From: Octopus vulgaris
Lineage: Eukaryota
Assembly (NCBI GenBank): GCA_951406725.2
Contig: OX597814.1
Span: 167,214,001 to 167,278,000, forward strand
Reading direction: 5' to 3'
Length of the DNA: 64,000 nucleotides
Of the stretch, positions 27,243-40,674 are shown one piece after another; positions within the stretch are counted from its first letter, which is position 1, and every line of letters starts with the position of its first letter. A program made the position numbers and the translations under genes. The notes beneath the pieces are model-generated. The model saw only the letters and a program-made list of their open reading frames with translations, was not told the DNA's origin and did not search any database.

Positions 27243-27430
27243 GGGTATCGTGAAAGGCCTGGTTGGAGGCCCAATATTCTGAGTTCTTTTACAGGGCTTA
27301 GAAAAACTGAAGGACCACTGAAGTAAGTGTGTAAATCTGAGAGGGGAATATGTTGAATAAGATCATAATTAACTGATTCTCATATATTTTCTTTAATCCA
27401 AAGCCAGGAACTTTTCAGTACCCCCTTGTA
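27243..27430 (+). mobile_element. mariner-derived short element (3' end); related piece at ~36772-36880
   Basis: Encodes a mariner C-terminus-like KCVNLRGEYVE*; ends CCAGGAACTTTTCAGTACCCCCTTG-TA, which matches the reverse of GGTGCTGAAAAGTTTCTGG at ~36780. Confidence 0.65.
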
Positions 27431-29027
27431 GTGCTGGCAACATGAAAAAAGTACTCAGTTCATACCATAAAATAGTTGGCATTAGGGATGGCATCCAACT
27501 GTAGTAACCATACCAAAGCTGGCATTTGAGTTTGACACAATCCTGCAGTTTGCCAGATCCTGCCAAAATGTTCAATCCATACCAACATAGAAAATAGATG
27601 TTAAACGATGATGATGATGATATATGGCCTTAAGAAATATCAAAAACCTGTCTTTGTACTCATTGCTGTACCACCAACCAGACCAGTTTACAAAACAAAT
27701 AGCTCCAGCAACTAAAGACTGTCATATTTCACACACCCACTAACAGAAATGTCTATGGAGGTTTGCAACTGCAAAGAATGCTTTCTCAGTAGAATCAATG
27801 ACTATAACCACTTCTGTCTTTCCAGATTGCATAAAATGTAATATCCCTATATCTACTAATCAATATTGATTTTGCTGAAGGGAAGTGTGTGGAGATGATT
27901 TGTAAGAGTGATGCAATGTTTCGCAATGCTGATATCCAATGAGCTGGAATATCCCATAAAACTTATATGCAATAATGAATACTTAAACAAATATGATCTA
28001 AAAAAGTTTTGTACCACCAGATGAGAACAAAGACCCTCTCCCATCGTTACCCTATCTGTAAAAAATATTCCCATTGAGCACTGGAACAAACTAACCAAAC
28101 TCTAAGGAAGCACAACTAAACAAGCATAATGGTACATACTGTTGGTGCCAGTATAAAATCAATGCTAAAGGGGTACATATTTGAATTTAATAATAAACTA
28201 TATAGCCAAGTGAAGGATGTAGCCATTTCATAGATTGGAGAGATAAATAAGCCAGATAATACCAAATGAAGAGACCCATACCTGTGGTAATGTTTTCACA
28301 ATGTATTAATATAAACACTGTGAGTGAAACAACTGCAGAAGATGATACTCAGCAAAGGGGAAAATGTAATATAAAAAACATTTAACACATAACTAACTCC
28401 AACCACTGCATAACTAACTCCAACCACCACAGCATTGATGTGACTGTTAAATACCTGTCCAAGTACCACAACAAAAGTCTAATTGCTCTAGATTCTGAAC
28501 TCATCATCTTCATTATCATGGGCAGTTTGACAGATCCAATGGGCTCAATGTTTGCCTTATACTCCACTGTCCATTTTGGCATGGTTTCTATGGCATGTAC
28601 TAGGTGCTTTTTTTCACACCACCAGCACTAGAGAGGTCACCATGCACTAGCCCTGAGAAAAGCAGCTATATGCTAAGAGATGAAGAGTTAAAACATGAGA
28701 GAAGTATCCAGAGCAGAACAGGTTTCTAGCTGTAGAGAGGCTACATGGTTATTCACATTTTAGAAGAAATGGTCGAGGTGATCAAGGTGGGGCAGAGACG
28801 AGACCAAATAGTGGTGATGAGGTTTCATGCAGCTTAAAGCCTGCTACCATAGAAGAATCTTGGTGCAGTAATCATCAGGTGGTGTGAAGCAGAACATAAT
28901 TTAGCTCTAACAATGGAACAGGGATATATATTTACACACACAGACATGTGCATGTGTGTATAATGCATCCATGTAAATATATATGTATATTTTATATCTC
29001 CTTGTACGACTTTTCATCTTTATGAGA

Positions 29028-29077
<50 letters not shown>

Positions 29078-29174
29078 GCATGCAGTGAATACGTATGTAC
29101 ATTTTTGCATAGTTTTTTTTTAACAAAGGGATGAAAACAATACTAAAAAGAGGAATCTGATACCAATAACTTAC

Positions 29175-29333
29175 CAATAACTCCGGAACCTATAATAGAA
29201 TTAATCAAGTTGAAGCTTGTCATTGGTATATTGTTTCGAAGTTTCCCATCATCCTTTGCTGGTTCAGCAACTAGTTGACTAGATTCACTCATACCACTGA
29301 TGCTACTAGCATCAGACATGCTTTGTAAAGTCT
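29175..29333 (-). CDS. SLC38A11: SLC38A11-like amino-acid transporter, most 5' confidently identified coding exon (candidate ATG at 29319-29317)
   Basis: Minus strand reads ttttcag|AG ACT TTA CAA AGC ATG TCT... = TLQSMSDASSISGMSESSQLVAEPAKDDGKLRNNIPMTSFNLINSIIGSGVI(G)|gtaag. FNLINSIIGSGVIG is the TM1 signature of the SLC38/Aa_trans family. Ends in phase 1, matching the next exon. Confidence 0.9.
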
Positions 29334-29521
29334 CTGAAAATAGATTTTAAAAAAGTACATCAGTTCAGACATGCTCTGTAAAGTCTCGGAAAATAGATTT
29401 TAAAAAAGTACATCAGTTCAGACATGCTCTGTAAAGTCTCGGAAAATAGATTTTAAAAAAGTACATCAGTTCAGACACACTTTGTAAAGTCTCTGAAAAT
29501 AGAATTTTAAAAAATACATCA
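29312..29521. repeat. 53-bp tandem repeat x4 spanning the exon/intron boundary
   Basis: TCAGAC unit starts at 29312, 29365, 29418 and 29471. Confidence 0.95.
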
Positions 29522-30047
29522 ATATCTTTGATCTGCAAATTGTATTCATTGTCAAAACATTTGTCGCCATCTACACAGGTAGCATTATTTCATATAATTC
29601 TATCAAGGAAAATTTCTGTTCTATTGTATTTTTTAATTTAGGATGATAGAAATAACTGAAACTGTTGAGAACCAGTTTAGAAGGTTCTTGCTATTTAAAT
29701 TCACAGCATAGTTATTCTGAATTCAAAATCTGCCAGCATTTTCTTAAATACTGCCTTTCATTCTTCTAAAAATTTGTGCAATATATACTAGCATTATACT
29801 GAAATTTTTCTTGAAAATATTCTCCAATTGATAATTTGAAGTCTTTCAAGTAATACTTATGGTATACAAATTAGTAATTCCAGTTCTCTGAAGCTGCTGG
29901 ATTTGTTGAACACATAAACAGATTAGTTGCTTACTTTCTTGGAATTGATCAAATGATATAGATACCTCAGATGAGAACCTAATTAAGGTTTGAAAATTGA
30001 CTAAGGTTGTTTGTAATGTTTTTTTTTTTTTTATCTACAGAGATATA

Positions 30048-30466
30048 CAGGTTGTCATCGACTTATTACCTATCTGACTTACAACCAATCAACTTTACAA
30101 CAACTGACATGCCAGCTCCCAGCAGCAATAATAAATAGTCCAGTTGAAATCTAATGGGTTTAATTTCTTAGAAATTAACCTGTTTACAGATTATGCCAGC
30201 TAACAAATGCTTCCCCTAGGTTTAGTTATCGATCACCACTGTATTGAATGACAACTATCCTGTCATGGAGACATCATGGCAACCTTGTATTTGTTCATAA
30301 GACGACTGCTTCAGGCTCCGATATTTTTGACTAATGCCAGTATAATATGCTGTGTGTGACTTTTACCTGAGAATGTACTTTAAGAATGTAAAAATATAAA
30401 ACAATATAAGCCAACTTACAACCAGTCAGTCGGAACCAGTTGTAGTCATAAGTCGACGATGACCTG
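30048..30466. mobile_element. pogo/Tigger-type MITE
   Basis: TA-CAGGTTGTCATCGACTTAT...ATAAGTCGACGATGACCTG-TA; subterminal GACTTACAACC repeats. Confidence 0.75.
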
Positions 30467-30649
30467 TAGTTAAAATTGCTATGTTTGTGTGTCTGCTGCA
30501 CACACGCACACACACACACACACATGAACATTTAGGAATATTTGTAGGTATATGTATACCCAAATATAGATGCATGTATATACCCTGTATATGTCGGAGC
30601 ATCTATGTATATGTCTATGTGAGCATATATATGTTTCTGTAGGTATGTA

Positions 30650-31098
30650 CAGTAATACCTTGACATATGAGTTAATATGTTCCTAGAGACTGCTCGTAAA
30701 GTGAAAACTCATAAAGAACTAGCTATTTTGTTTGCTGCAGATCAGTGACTGATGGTCACTTTTTTTACAATATATCGCTGGTAGAGGCAGATATTGGCCA
30801 TCACTCCAAAGCATAGGTGCACACAGCTGACACGAGCCAACCAGCTTGAAACTGGCCGGTCCCATGATCTGGTCAGCTACTGGAGGGTAGTAGGGGTTCG
30901 CTCCCCCCACTAGTGATGTATTGTATATAAGGGTGAAGAGCATGCACCGAAAACCAGCTGGTGGAGAATCCGCCTGGGGTTAAACTAGTAGTAACATTCA
31001 TCTGCCCCTTAGATGTGGCTACTTGCTTTACTGCTTTTTATATTTATCATAAAATAAAACTCATAAACCTGGGGACTCGTAAAGCGAGGTATTAACTG
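30650..31098. mobile_element. pogo/Tigger-type MITE (second family)
   Basis: TA-CAGTAATACCTTGACATATGAGT...ACTCGTAAAGCGAGGTATTAACTG-TA; subterminal ACTC(G/A)TAAA repeats. Confidence 0.72.
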
Positions 31099-32287
31099 TA
31101 TAGAAGTATATACATGTGTGTGTGTGTGTGTGTGATACATTGTGTGTGTGTATGGGTACATTGAAAGAAATAACCTACATTACAGAAAGTAGCCTATGAA
31201 AAATATAAGTAACTATCACTATTTTTGACTTGTGTAATTTTTATCCAATATTAGAGCATATATTTGCACATATGTGTGTATGCGCAAAGGTGTGTACATG
31301 TAAGTGTGTGTGTGTGTGTGTATGTTTGTGTGTACATGGATGTATATGTGTGAGCATGATAAATAGATTAGGAAACAATATATATTGGTCATTAGTTTTT
31401 ACAGCTGTCTGTCTACTTCCCACTAGCTTTAGTGAGCATTGAAGAAAAAAAATTGATAAAAAGACCTGATAATCCATTAATTAGAAAGCCGTCTGTAACC
31501 ATGCATCGCCCACCTACAACCAAATACAAACTACTTCCCTGAGTTTATTTTTGTTATGTAATAGTCCCCTCTTATTAATAAAACTTACATAAGACATAAC
31601 TAAATAACTAATAAACAATATCTCATGATTTGCTTTATTATATCATCTTCAACATGCTGAAATGGGTGGGGCAGTTTGGCAGGTGCTAGTGAGTCAGAGA
31701 TTTGTCCCAAACTCTGCTGTTTACTCGGGTATGGTTTCTACTGCTGGATGTCCTTCCTAATGCCAACCACTTCAAAGATTGTACTCAGTTGGTTTTTATG
31801 TGGCACCAGCAGCAGTGAGGTCACCAAGTAACTCACAGGACAAGACTGAAGGAGGAGTAGTATTGAGTGGGGTGGCTCTATGCCAAGTGATGAGAGATTA
31901 GATTATGGTAGAGGGATTGAAACAGCTGTCTTGTAGTAAAGGAGTATAAATGGCTAACCTAGTTGGAAGAGGAGAGAAAAGAGAGGAGAGAGTAAGAGAG
32001 AGAGAAAAAGAGAGAGAGAAAGTGAAAAAGAGTGGAGAAAGAGAAAGAGAGAAGATAGTGAAAAAGATGTGTTGGGGTACATCCTCAAGTTACAGATGTA
32101 CATATATATAAATACACCTTCACACATGTGGGCGTGGCTGTGTGGTAAGAAGCTTGCTTCTCAACCACATGGTTCTGGGTTCAGTCCTACTGAGTGACAC
32201 CTTGGGCAAGTGTCTTCTACCATAGCCTCGGTCTGACCAAAGCTTTGTGAGTGGATTTTGTAGAGGGAAACTGAAAGAAGCCCGGTG

Positions 32288-32347
<60 letters not shown>

Positions 32348-32350
<3 letters not shown>

Positions 32351-33225
32351 GGTGCGATGAGTAATTTATCACTATTTCATATTTAAAATTTTGTGCGTGT
32401 GCATTGTTTGTTTTTGATTTTGTTGATTTCATAGTATAGTAGGGTCAGTTAGGCACTGTCTGTGAGAAAAACAGCACCATGATGCAATTCACTCTGCCAG
32501 AAATTTGGAATCAACATGCTATACTGCTTGGCATTCATGCCGGAAGCTCCAATACAAATATTTCAGAGAGTTTGGGTATCAATCTGAGGACAGGGCAATC
32601 TGAGAACATGTACGAGAGTGATAAAAATCAAACATTCAGTCAACATCATGGTGTTTAGAGTGATCACTAGTGACAGCAACATCATGCATCCATTCATCTT
32701 CCCACATGGTCTCAGACTCAACACAGAGGCTTACATCAAATGTCTGGAGGAGATAGTGCTGCCTTGAGTTAAGAGGATTGCTGCTGGAAGCCCCTATGTC
32801 TGGCAACAGGACTCTGCACCATGCTACACAAGCAGGAGAACCCAGTCATTGCTGTCAGACCATTTCTGCAACCACATCACTCCTAGCATCTAATCACCCA
32901 ACTCCCCAGACTGCAACCCCTTGGATTATTATGTGTGGGGTGCAGTTGAGTGAGAGACCATCAAAACTCCTTGTAACACCAAAAATGAACTGAAGGCAAG
33001 GATTATGGCAGCATTCACCAACTTAAACAAGGAAACCATTCAGAAGAGTTGCAGGAGATTCTGAAGTCATCTGGAGGCCATGGTTGAAGCCAATGGCGAT
33101 TCTATTGAATAAATTTACTCTTTAGTATTTCAAGATATTTTTATGTAATTTTGATATGTCTGTTAAAATGAGATGTCAGTGTTATTTTCATTTTTGCATA
33201 ATTTAGATGACAGTTTATTCACCTG
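32348..33225 (+). mobile_element. maT (DD37D) Tc1/mariner-superfamily transposon, internally deleted
   Basis: TA-CAGGGTG...CACCTG-TA ends; remnant YVWQQDSAPCYTSRRTQ...SPNSPDCNPLDYYVWG with 37 residues between the second and third Asp; several stops; sits in the microsatellite of a SINE. Confidence 0.85.
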
Positions 33226-33514
33226 TATGTATGTATGTATGTATGTATGTATGTATGTATGTATATATATAATTAAAATCACAAAAAAAATTGAATATTA
33301 ATTAATAACATCAATTTAAAACACCAAGTGGCCTAGCGTATAAAGACTAGGATACAGTAAAAATTATTAATACAAGTAATGAGAGAGAGTCCACATGGCA
33401 CGTTGAATTAATTCTTGAGAACAATTCTTTAGTGGTGGATTCCCTTTGTGCATCTATATCTAGCGTTAGAGTGACCACATGTGGACTCTCTCTCATTACT
33501 TGTATGTATGTATG

Positions 33515-33548
<34 letters not shown>

Positions 33549-33760
33549 TACATACATACATATATATATATATATTTGTGTGTTTATGTCTGTGTTTGTC
33601 CCCCAACCATCACTTGACAATCAATGTTGGTATGATTATGTCCCTGTAACTTAGTTTGCAAAGAATAAGTCCTGGGGTCAATTTGTTTGATGAAAACCCC
33701 TTAAGGTGGTGCTCCAGCATGGCCACAGTCAAATGACTGAAACAAGTAAAAGAATAAAAG

Positions 33761-33826
<66 letters not shown>

Positions 33827-36800
33827 TGAGATGATTAGCAACCAGGATGACTGGTGATTCACTGAGCTCAAGAAGACCCATCTGCCATGGCAAAAATGTG
33901 ATCCTAAAAGCATTATGTTTAATGCACCCTGTACATGCTGAGCACTGCTCCTGCACCTAGTTACTCATCTAATCTTCGCACATCCATCCCATCATCATTC
34001 TTCTAACTATGGCACTACTCAGTTGCTGCACTTTTCAGCTGCAATAATTTGAGAGCCAAACTGGCACTACCAGTTACCTTCTTCCCACTGGAACTGCTTC
34101 CCATTAATACCCTTTCCTACACTATTTTCCACCAAATATCCCCTTTTTGTATCTTCTCTCTCTCCCTCTCCTTCTCTCTCTCTCTTTCTTTCTATCTGTC
34201 TTCCTCTCTTCTCATTTTGTCACTCCTCATTTCTCCCTCTTTCTCTCTTCTGAACTACATCTTAGGTCTACCATTCCTCTTCTTTAACATCTATCATATC
34301 TACTATCATTCTCAGCATTCTCTCATATCAGTCATTGATGCCCATGCCACCAATATTTGTCACCCCAATCACTATAAACACCCTCATGTACTTCTGACCT
34401 CCATCTCTGACTCTATACATCTTCCTCACCCCTCCTTTACACCCTGTACATCCACTTCCTACTTTCTGATTTATCTATATGTTCATGATACTGCTGCACT
34501 CTATCCTTCTTGTGCTATTGTTTGTCATCTCTTTCCTGCACTCCTTCTATCTCTCTGATCAACCTCTCTTCATACTGATATTTATCATCAATCATACCTC
34601 TGCTTTTGCTCATCGTTCACTGCATTCACTACTACTGCCATCTCTAACCATCTGTTACTCTCCCCTCATACTCTTATGGAATTACCTACCTTCTCCTGTC
34701 CACAATCCACTGTCTGTATCTTCCCCTTATTCTCACCTTCTTGTACATTAAAAGTAAGCTCTAGCACCTTGTCGCAACCATCTTGATTTTCTTTCCAATT
34801 ACCTCCCACTTATCTTTACATAATGCAATGTATCTCCACTATAGCAAGATACCTCGGCTTGTCCCTCTTTCATACTTTAGCTTTTCACCACTTGGTTTAA
34901 AGTCATCTCTCCTTCTCTCAAATACATTCCCAGCCAATCGAGGGGGCCTTTTTTTTTATTTCCTTTGCCTTTCAAGTTACTTGTTGACCTCCCTAGTGCT
35001 AGTGTCATGAAAAAAGCACCCAATGCACTCTGTGAAGTGGTTAATATTAGAAAGGAAACCATGCTCTAGAAATTATGTCAAAGCTGATATTGGAGCTCAG
35101 TGCAGTCCCTCAGCTGGTTGGATCTTATCAATCTATTCAAAAACATTCCAGCATGAAAAACAAATGTTAAATGATAATGCTGCTGCTTCTGATGATGATG
35201 ATGATGACGAGGAGGAGGAGGAGGATCTATGTGTGTCTATGTGTGCACATACATGTGTATAGTCAATCTCTATTTTCTTTTTTTTTTTTTGTGCATTAAT
35301 TTCGCTCTAACACTATTTGCCACCTTCATAACTCAATTAGCTTGTAGCACCTGAAATCTCTCTTTTCCAGTTAATTCACCTCCCTTATCTTTCCAACAAT
35401 GGCAATGTTATATTAATCATTAGAAATAAATGTTTTGCGAAATGTGATAAGCTAAGCAAGTGACTTATGTGACACTGCCTGTCCTGATGCTTTCAACATT
35501 CCATGAATAATTCCTGAAGATGAAGCAGTTGTCACCTTCATGACCTTAATTGCTTTACCCATTTGATATATACTGAAGTTGTGTCTGGTGTACACGGAAG
35601 GCCTAGCTGATCTGTTCTGAATATTTTCCTGCTGATTCTACTAAGCTAATTTCTTCCTATCACATTCACATACTTTGTTTAACAACCGCTCACAGTAATA
35701 ACGTCTTCATGTCTTTCTCTTTTCATTTTATATATTTTGTCAGACACAACCGTTCCAAATGTCATTGTAATGCATTCTTATAAAATACTTCCTGATTGTA
35801 AGTACTTCATTTTTCCAATCTCACTCAACTTGAATATTATAGGAAATCATAGAAATCTTAGGAAAATTTCTACTCTCCACTTCTCTCCAATTTTAAATCG
35901 ATTTTTTTTTTCAATAAAAATTTAATAATACTACTTTATCATTATGTTAGCTAAGGTGGAAAGCTGGCAGGATTGTTAACATGCCATATAAACGGTTTGG
36001 AGGATTTTGTCCATCTTTAAATTGTGAGTTCAAATTCTGTCCATGTCAAATTTACCTTTCATCTTTTTGGGGTTGATAAAATAAGTACCTGTTTAGCACT
36101 GGGTTAATACAATAAACTTCTGCATTTCTTAAAGATTTTTGGCCTTGTGCCAAAGAAATTAGAAAGCATTATTCTTATGCTAGTTGAAACCAAAGTAGCA
36201 AGCTGGCAGACTTGTTAGTATATCAAGCAAAATTCCTAGTGGCATTTCTTCCAGTTCTTTACATTCCGAGTTCAAGTTCTGTCATGGTTGCTCTTGCATT
36301 TCTTCTTTTTGGAGTTGATAAAATAAGTACAAGTTCAACACTGGAATTGACATAATCAACTTACCCCTGCCCCTAAAATTACAGGTGTTCTACCAAAATT
36401 TGAAATTGTTAAGCTAGCTGAAACCCGAATACAATTTTTTTCAAGGAAGATATATGGTTGGATGCTTTAACATTCTCTAAAGCCTTTGGGCTTTCTAGAG
36501 AAAAATATAAATCAAAGAAAATGGGGAGTAATTTTGAACCATTTATTTGATTTTGGAGCATGTAATTTTTAAAAAATGGATAATAAAATCATCATTGTTC
36601 TCATCATCCTCACTGGTTTAATATACACTTTACCACATTTGCAGAGATTTATTGCAGCTGTAGAAAATCTGCCTTAATGTATTCCAGCAGGATCATGCAA
36701 GCATGGAAAAGTGGCTGTTAAGATGGTGAAGATGATGGTGATATTCTTTATCTGAATGTTCAGATCCAAAATTACATAAGGTGCTGAAAAGTTTCTGGCT

Positions 36801-39099
36801 TTAAGAGTACTGTGAAAGGTCTGATTAAAGGCCCAAACTTCCAAGTTTTTTTTATAAGGCTTACAAAAACTTAAGGACAGCTTTGTGAGTGGATTTGGTT
36901 GATGGAAACTGAAAGGAGACCATCGTATCTATCTATCAATGTCTGGAGCATCATTAGCGAAATGTGTGATCGAGCATTGTCATGAAGAATGATTGGCCCT
37001 CTACTGTTGACCAGTCTGGGATGGAGGAGTAGCAGTTTTTCATTCATTTTGGCAATTTCATGGCAATATGTTTCTGCAGTAATGATTTTTCCAGGACTGA
37101 TGAATAAAGTACCAGATCAATTTACCAATATATTAATTAGTAAAGTTTTAAATACCAATTTACCAATTATATCAATTAATTTTAAATTTATATTACTACA
37201 CATTCTTTAAAATTGAAAGTGGATAACCTCTCAAAAAAGATAAAATGTATATTTTCCTATTGCATCAATACATACACAGACATACATGTGCACATACATA
37301 CACATGCGCGCGCACACACATACACACACACACAAAAATAAGGCAGTAAACTCAATACAACATTGATATGATTAATAGGGAATAAATACTGATTTCAAAT
37401 TTGGGCACAAAGCCAGTAACTTCGAAGTAGGGCTAAGTCAATTATATTGACCCCAGTGTTCAACTGATACTCATTTTATCAACCCTGAAAAGGTGAACAG
37501 CTATGTCAGCCTCAGCAGAATTTGAACCCAGAATGTGAAGACAGACAAAATGCCACTAAGCATTTTGCCTGGTGTGTTAACGTTCCTGCCAGTTCACTGT
37601 CCTAATGGGTTATATGTATTAATATGTATTCATGTAAAGGTGGCGAGCTGACAGAAACGTTAGCACGCCAGGCGAAATTTTCAGTGGTATTTCGTCTGCC
37701 ATTACGTTCTGAGTTCAATTTCCACCTAGGTTGACTTTGCCTTTCATCCTTTCGGAGTCGATTAAATAAGTACCAGTTAATCATTGGGGTCGATGTAATC
37801 AACTCAATCCCCTTGTCTGTCCTTGTTTGTCCCCACTATGTTTAGCCCCTTGTGAGCAATAAAGAATTAAATATGTATTCATGTACAGCACAGCATATTT
37901 TATTAACTTCTTAATTATGTTACTGACGAACATACAATATGTGAATTAATGTAACCATTACAACAAAATTCTAGTTTTTCTTTGATTTAAAAAGTTATAT
38001 GTTCCCTTCATGAGAAGTGGGGACTGAATTCTCCAGACCAATTAATTATAAGAATTGTTTGAGCACTTTATAGTGTCTGTTCTGGCTTTTATATAGTGAG
38101 TTAAGAGTCTGTCTTCTGTCACCGGTAAAATGGGCTCTAATAGGTGATGAAGTCATTTATCAAAAATATTTCAGCTTATTTTTTGCCACTACTACTCACC
38201 AGCTAGCAATAGAAACATCAGATAAGTTTTCATTCCTGTTTCTCAGATGTAAAAATTATTATTTCAAGTTTTTGCATAAGTCCAGTAGTTTTAAGGTAAG
38301 AGGAATAGTTGATTCTAGTACTCACCAGATATTTTATTTTATCAACCCAGGAGGGATGAAAGGCAATGTTGACCCTGGTGGAATTTGAACTCAGAATATA
38401 ATAATTTGGAAGAAATACTACTAGATATTTTGTCTGAAAATTTAACAATTCAGTCAGCTTATGGCCTGAGATGTAAAAATACTAACAAAAATTCATCAAA
38501 TATGATAAATGATAGAATTTTAAACTTTTGAATTTAAAATTTTCCAACCATCTTTCTTATCAGGAATTTGAAATGCTTCTTCAGAACAGACATTTAACAA
38601 TATTTGATGTAAATAGATAAAATCATTAATGACGATGATGATGATGATGATGATTCTGAAAGTTGAACAGTGGGGAAGTTATCTATGAGACTCTATTTTT
38701 GCAATGGTGCTGCAGTCAACAACCTCATGTTATGCAAATGGTACATATTATTATTATAATTAGCACTGTTGTTGTTAATGGAGTTAATTATTACATAGTT
38801 ACAAGTATTATTTCATTTAATCGTATTGTTTCAGGAAAATTCCAAACCATTTAAACCAAGGTGTGGTAATATGACAGCATGAGAATTAACAGTAAAATTG
38901 AAATTATATTATTACTAATAGGGTTTTAAATAGTTTACTTGCTCTTTATCTTGTATGCATTCAATTTCAGGCCCAGCAAATTAACATATTTTCTGTTGGT
39001 TTGTATGTGCATGTTTTGTGCAAGTAAATGTAAATATATATATAGTTTTCTTGGGGATATACATACATACATGCATACATACATACACGCATACATACA

Positions 39100-39135
<36 letters not shown>

Positions 39136-39152
39136 TATATATATGTGTGTGT

Positions 39153-39480
39153 GTGGAGGCTCAATGGCCCAGTGGTTAGGCCAGACTCATGGTTGGAGGA
39201 TTGCGGTTTCGATTCCCAGACCAGGCGTTGCGTGTGTTTATTGAGCGAAAACACCTAAACCTCCATGAGGCTCTGGCAGGGGGGGGGGCACCCCTGTTAT
39301 ACTCTTTCGCCCCAACTTTCTCTCACTCTTTCTTCCTGTTTCTTGAGTAATGCTGCGATGGACTGGCATCCTGTCCAGCTGGGGGGAGGGGAACACATAC
39401 GCCACAGACACCAGGAAACCAGGCCTATGAGCCTGGCTAGGCTTTAAAAGGGTGCATAAATAAATAAATAAATAAATAAA
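39153..39480 (+). mobile_element. tRNA-derived SINE, family D; relatives at ~50030-50322 (-) and ~58430-58733 (-)
   Basis: Head GTGGAGGC..ATGGCC.AGTGGTTAG..GGTTCGA; shared CTGCGA(T/C)GGAC.GGC.TCC.GTCCAG domain; TSD-like TG(T/C)CTAACTTAAGT flanks the 50030 copy. Confidence 0.8.
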
Positions 39481-39532
39481 TATATATATATATATATATA
39501 TATACTTTATTTTAAGCAGCAGAAAATTCAAC

Positions 39533-39579
39533 AAAATCTGTTACTCTGAGTTTCTCGTTGCCGTTCATCAGACAGTTTT
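39533..39579 (-). ncRNA. Minimal type I hammerhead ribozyme in the PLE 3' end (pLTR)
   Basis: Minus strand AAAACTGT-CTGATGA-ACGGCAACGA-GAAA-CTCAGAG-TA-ACAGATTTT: stem I CTGT/ACAG, core CUGAUGA and GAAA, short stem II CG-GCAA-CG, near-palindromic stem III ACTC-A-GAGT, GUA cleavage triplet. Confidence 0.75.
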
Positions 39580-40674
39580 TGCTAGAATGGAACTGATATA
39601 TCAATTCAATCTATACTCTTACAAACGCTACACCTTTAAAAAGAAATGAACTTGTTTGATTGGCCCTTTAGAAAAAACGGTCAATCTTCGAGCGATAAAC
39701 AAAAAGGTCAAAAATATATGTATATATATATAAAAAACTTATAAAATCCGAGGAAAAAACCTATTGACGTTAATGAAGACAGTGCAAATTAATGCATAGA
39801 AATTAAACCTGTTATAAATACTGCAATACATATTTATATTAAAATCTACATATATATATCAACATACACAAAAGGATGCGCGTAAACGCCATACATACAT
39901 ATACTGACGTATGAGTATAAATCTAAATATACACATAAAAGCATGTGTACATATATTCACGCAAACCGTCTCGCAAGCAAGCTAAAATTCATCTATGTAG
40001 CAATTCTCATATACTGGGCAAGGAGGGGGAACAAAAGAAAGGGAGAGAGAGAAAAAGGAACGAAGGAGGGGTGGGGAAAAAAACGAAATAAGAAAAAAAT
40101 AAGAAAAAAATAAGAAAAAAATTAAGAAAAAAATTTATGTATACAAGCAGTGTAACGGTGTTATTGGCATCTATAGAGACCAGTATACATACACAAGTTT
40201 GAATGGATACATATACATACCGTCGTGTATATGTGTGCTTAAGCACAAACATACTTTCACTTACACATACACAGATACGCATGCTTACAAATACATATGC
40301 TTTGCTATACACATACTTATATAAACATTCTAATTTTGACAACATTGCTTTTTTTAAAAAAACATTGCTTTTAAAAATGGGTGCATTAATAAAAATATAT
40401 ACGAAAGACATATAAAATAAAATATAACATCCTATTTTGGGTCATTTATAAATAATCAAGGTAATATAAATAATCAAGGTAATCCTATGCAATACAATAA
40501 CATGAAAACAAAGTTTGTAGGTTTTTCCTAATATATATGTAGAAACATAAGACTTTGCTATACAGATTAAGATCCGCATAGCCTGGAAACAAAAACAAAA
40601 TCAAAATCAAAATCCATCGTAGCGCTCAAGAGTCAAAATCAAAATCAAAAATCAAAAAATACAAAATATATACT

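Noticed and set aside
29312-29521. CRISPR-like regular repeats (also 63186-63730 and 60250-60435)
   Set aside because: Units are contiguous with no unique spacers, there are no cas genes, and the context is eukaryotic.
35510-35545. CTGAAGA-TGAAG...CTTCA hammerhead-like stem
   Set aside because: The GAAA core and cleavage stem are missing.
39153-39230. tRNA gene candidates (also other SINE heads)
   Set aside because: A/B-box-like heads continue into repeated SINE bodies and do not form a full cloverleaf.
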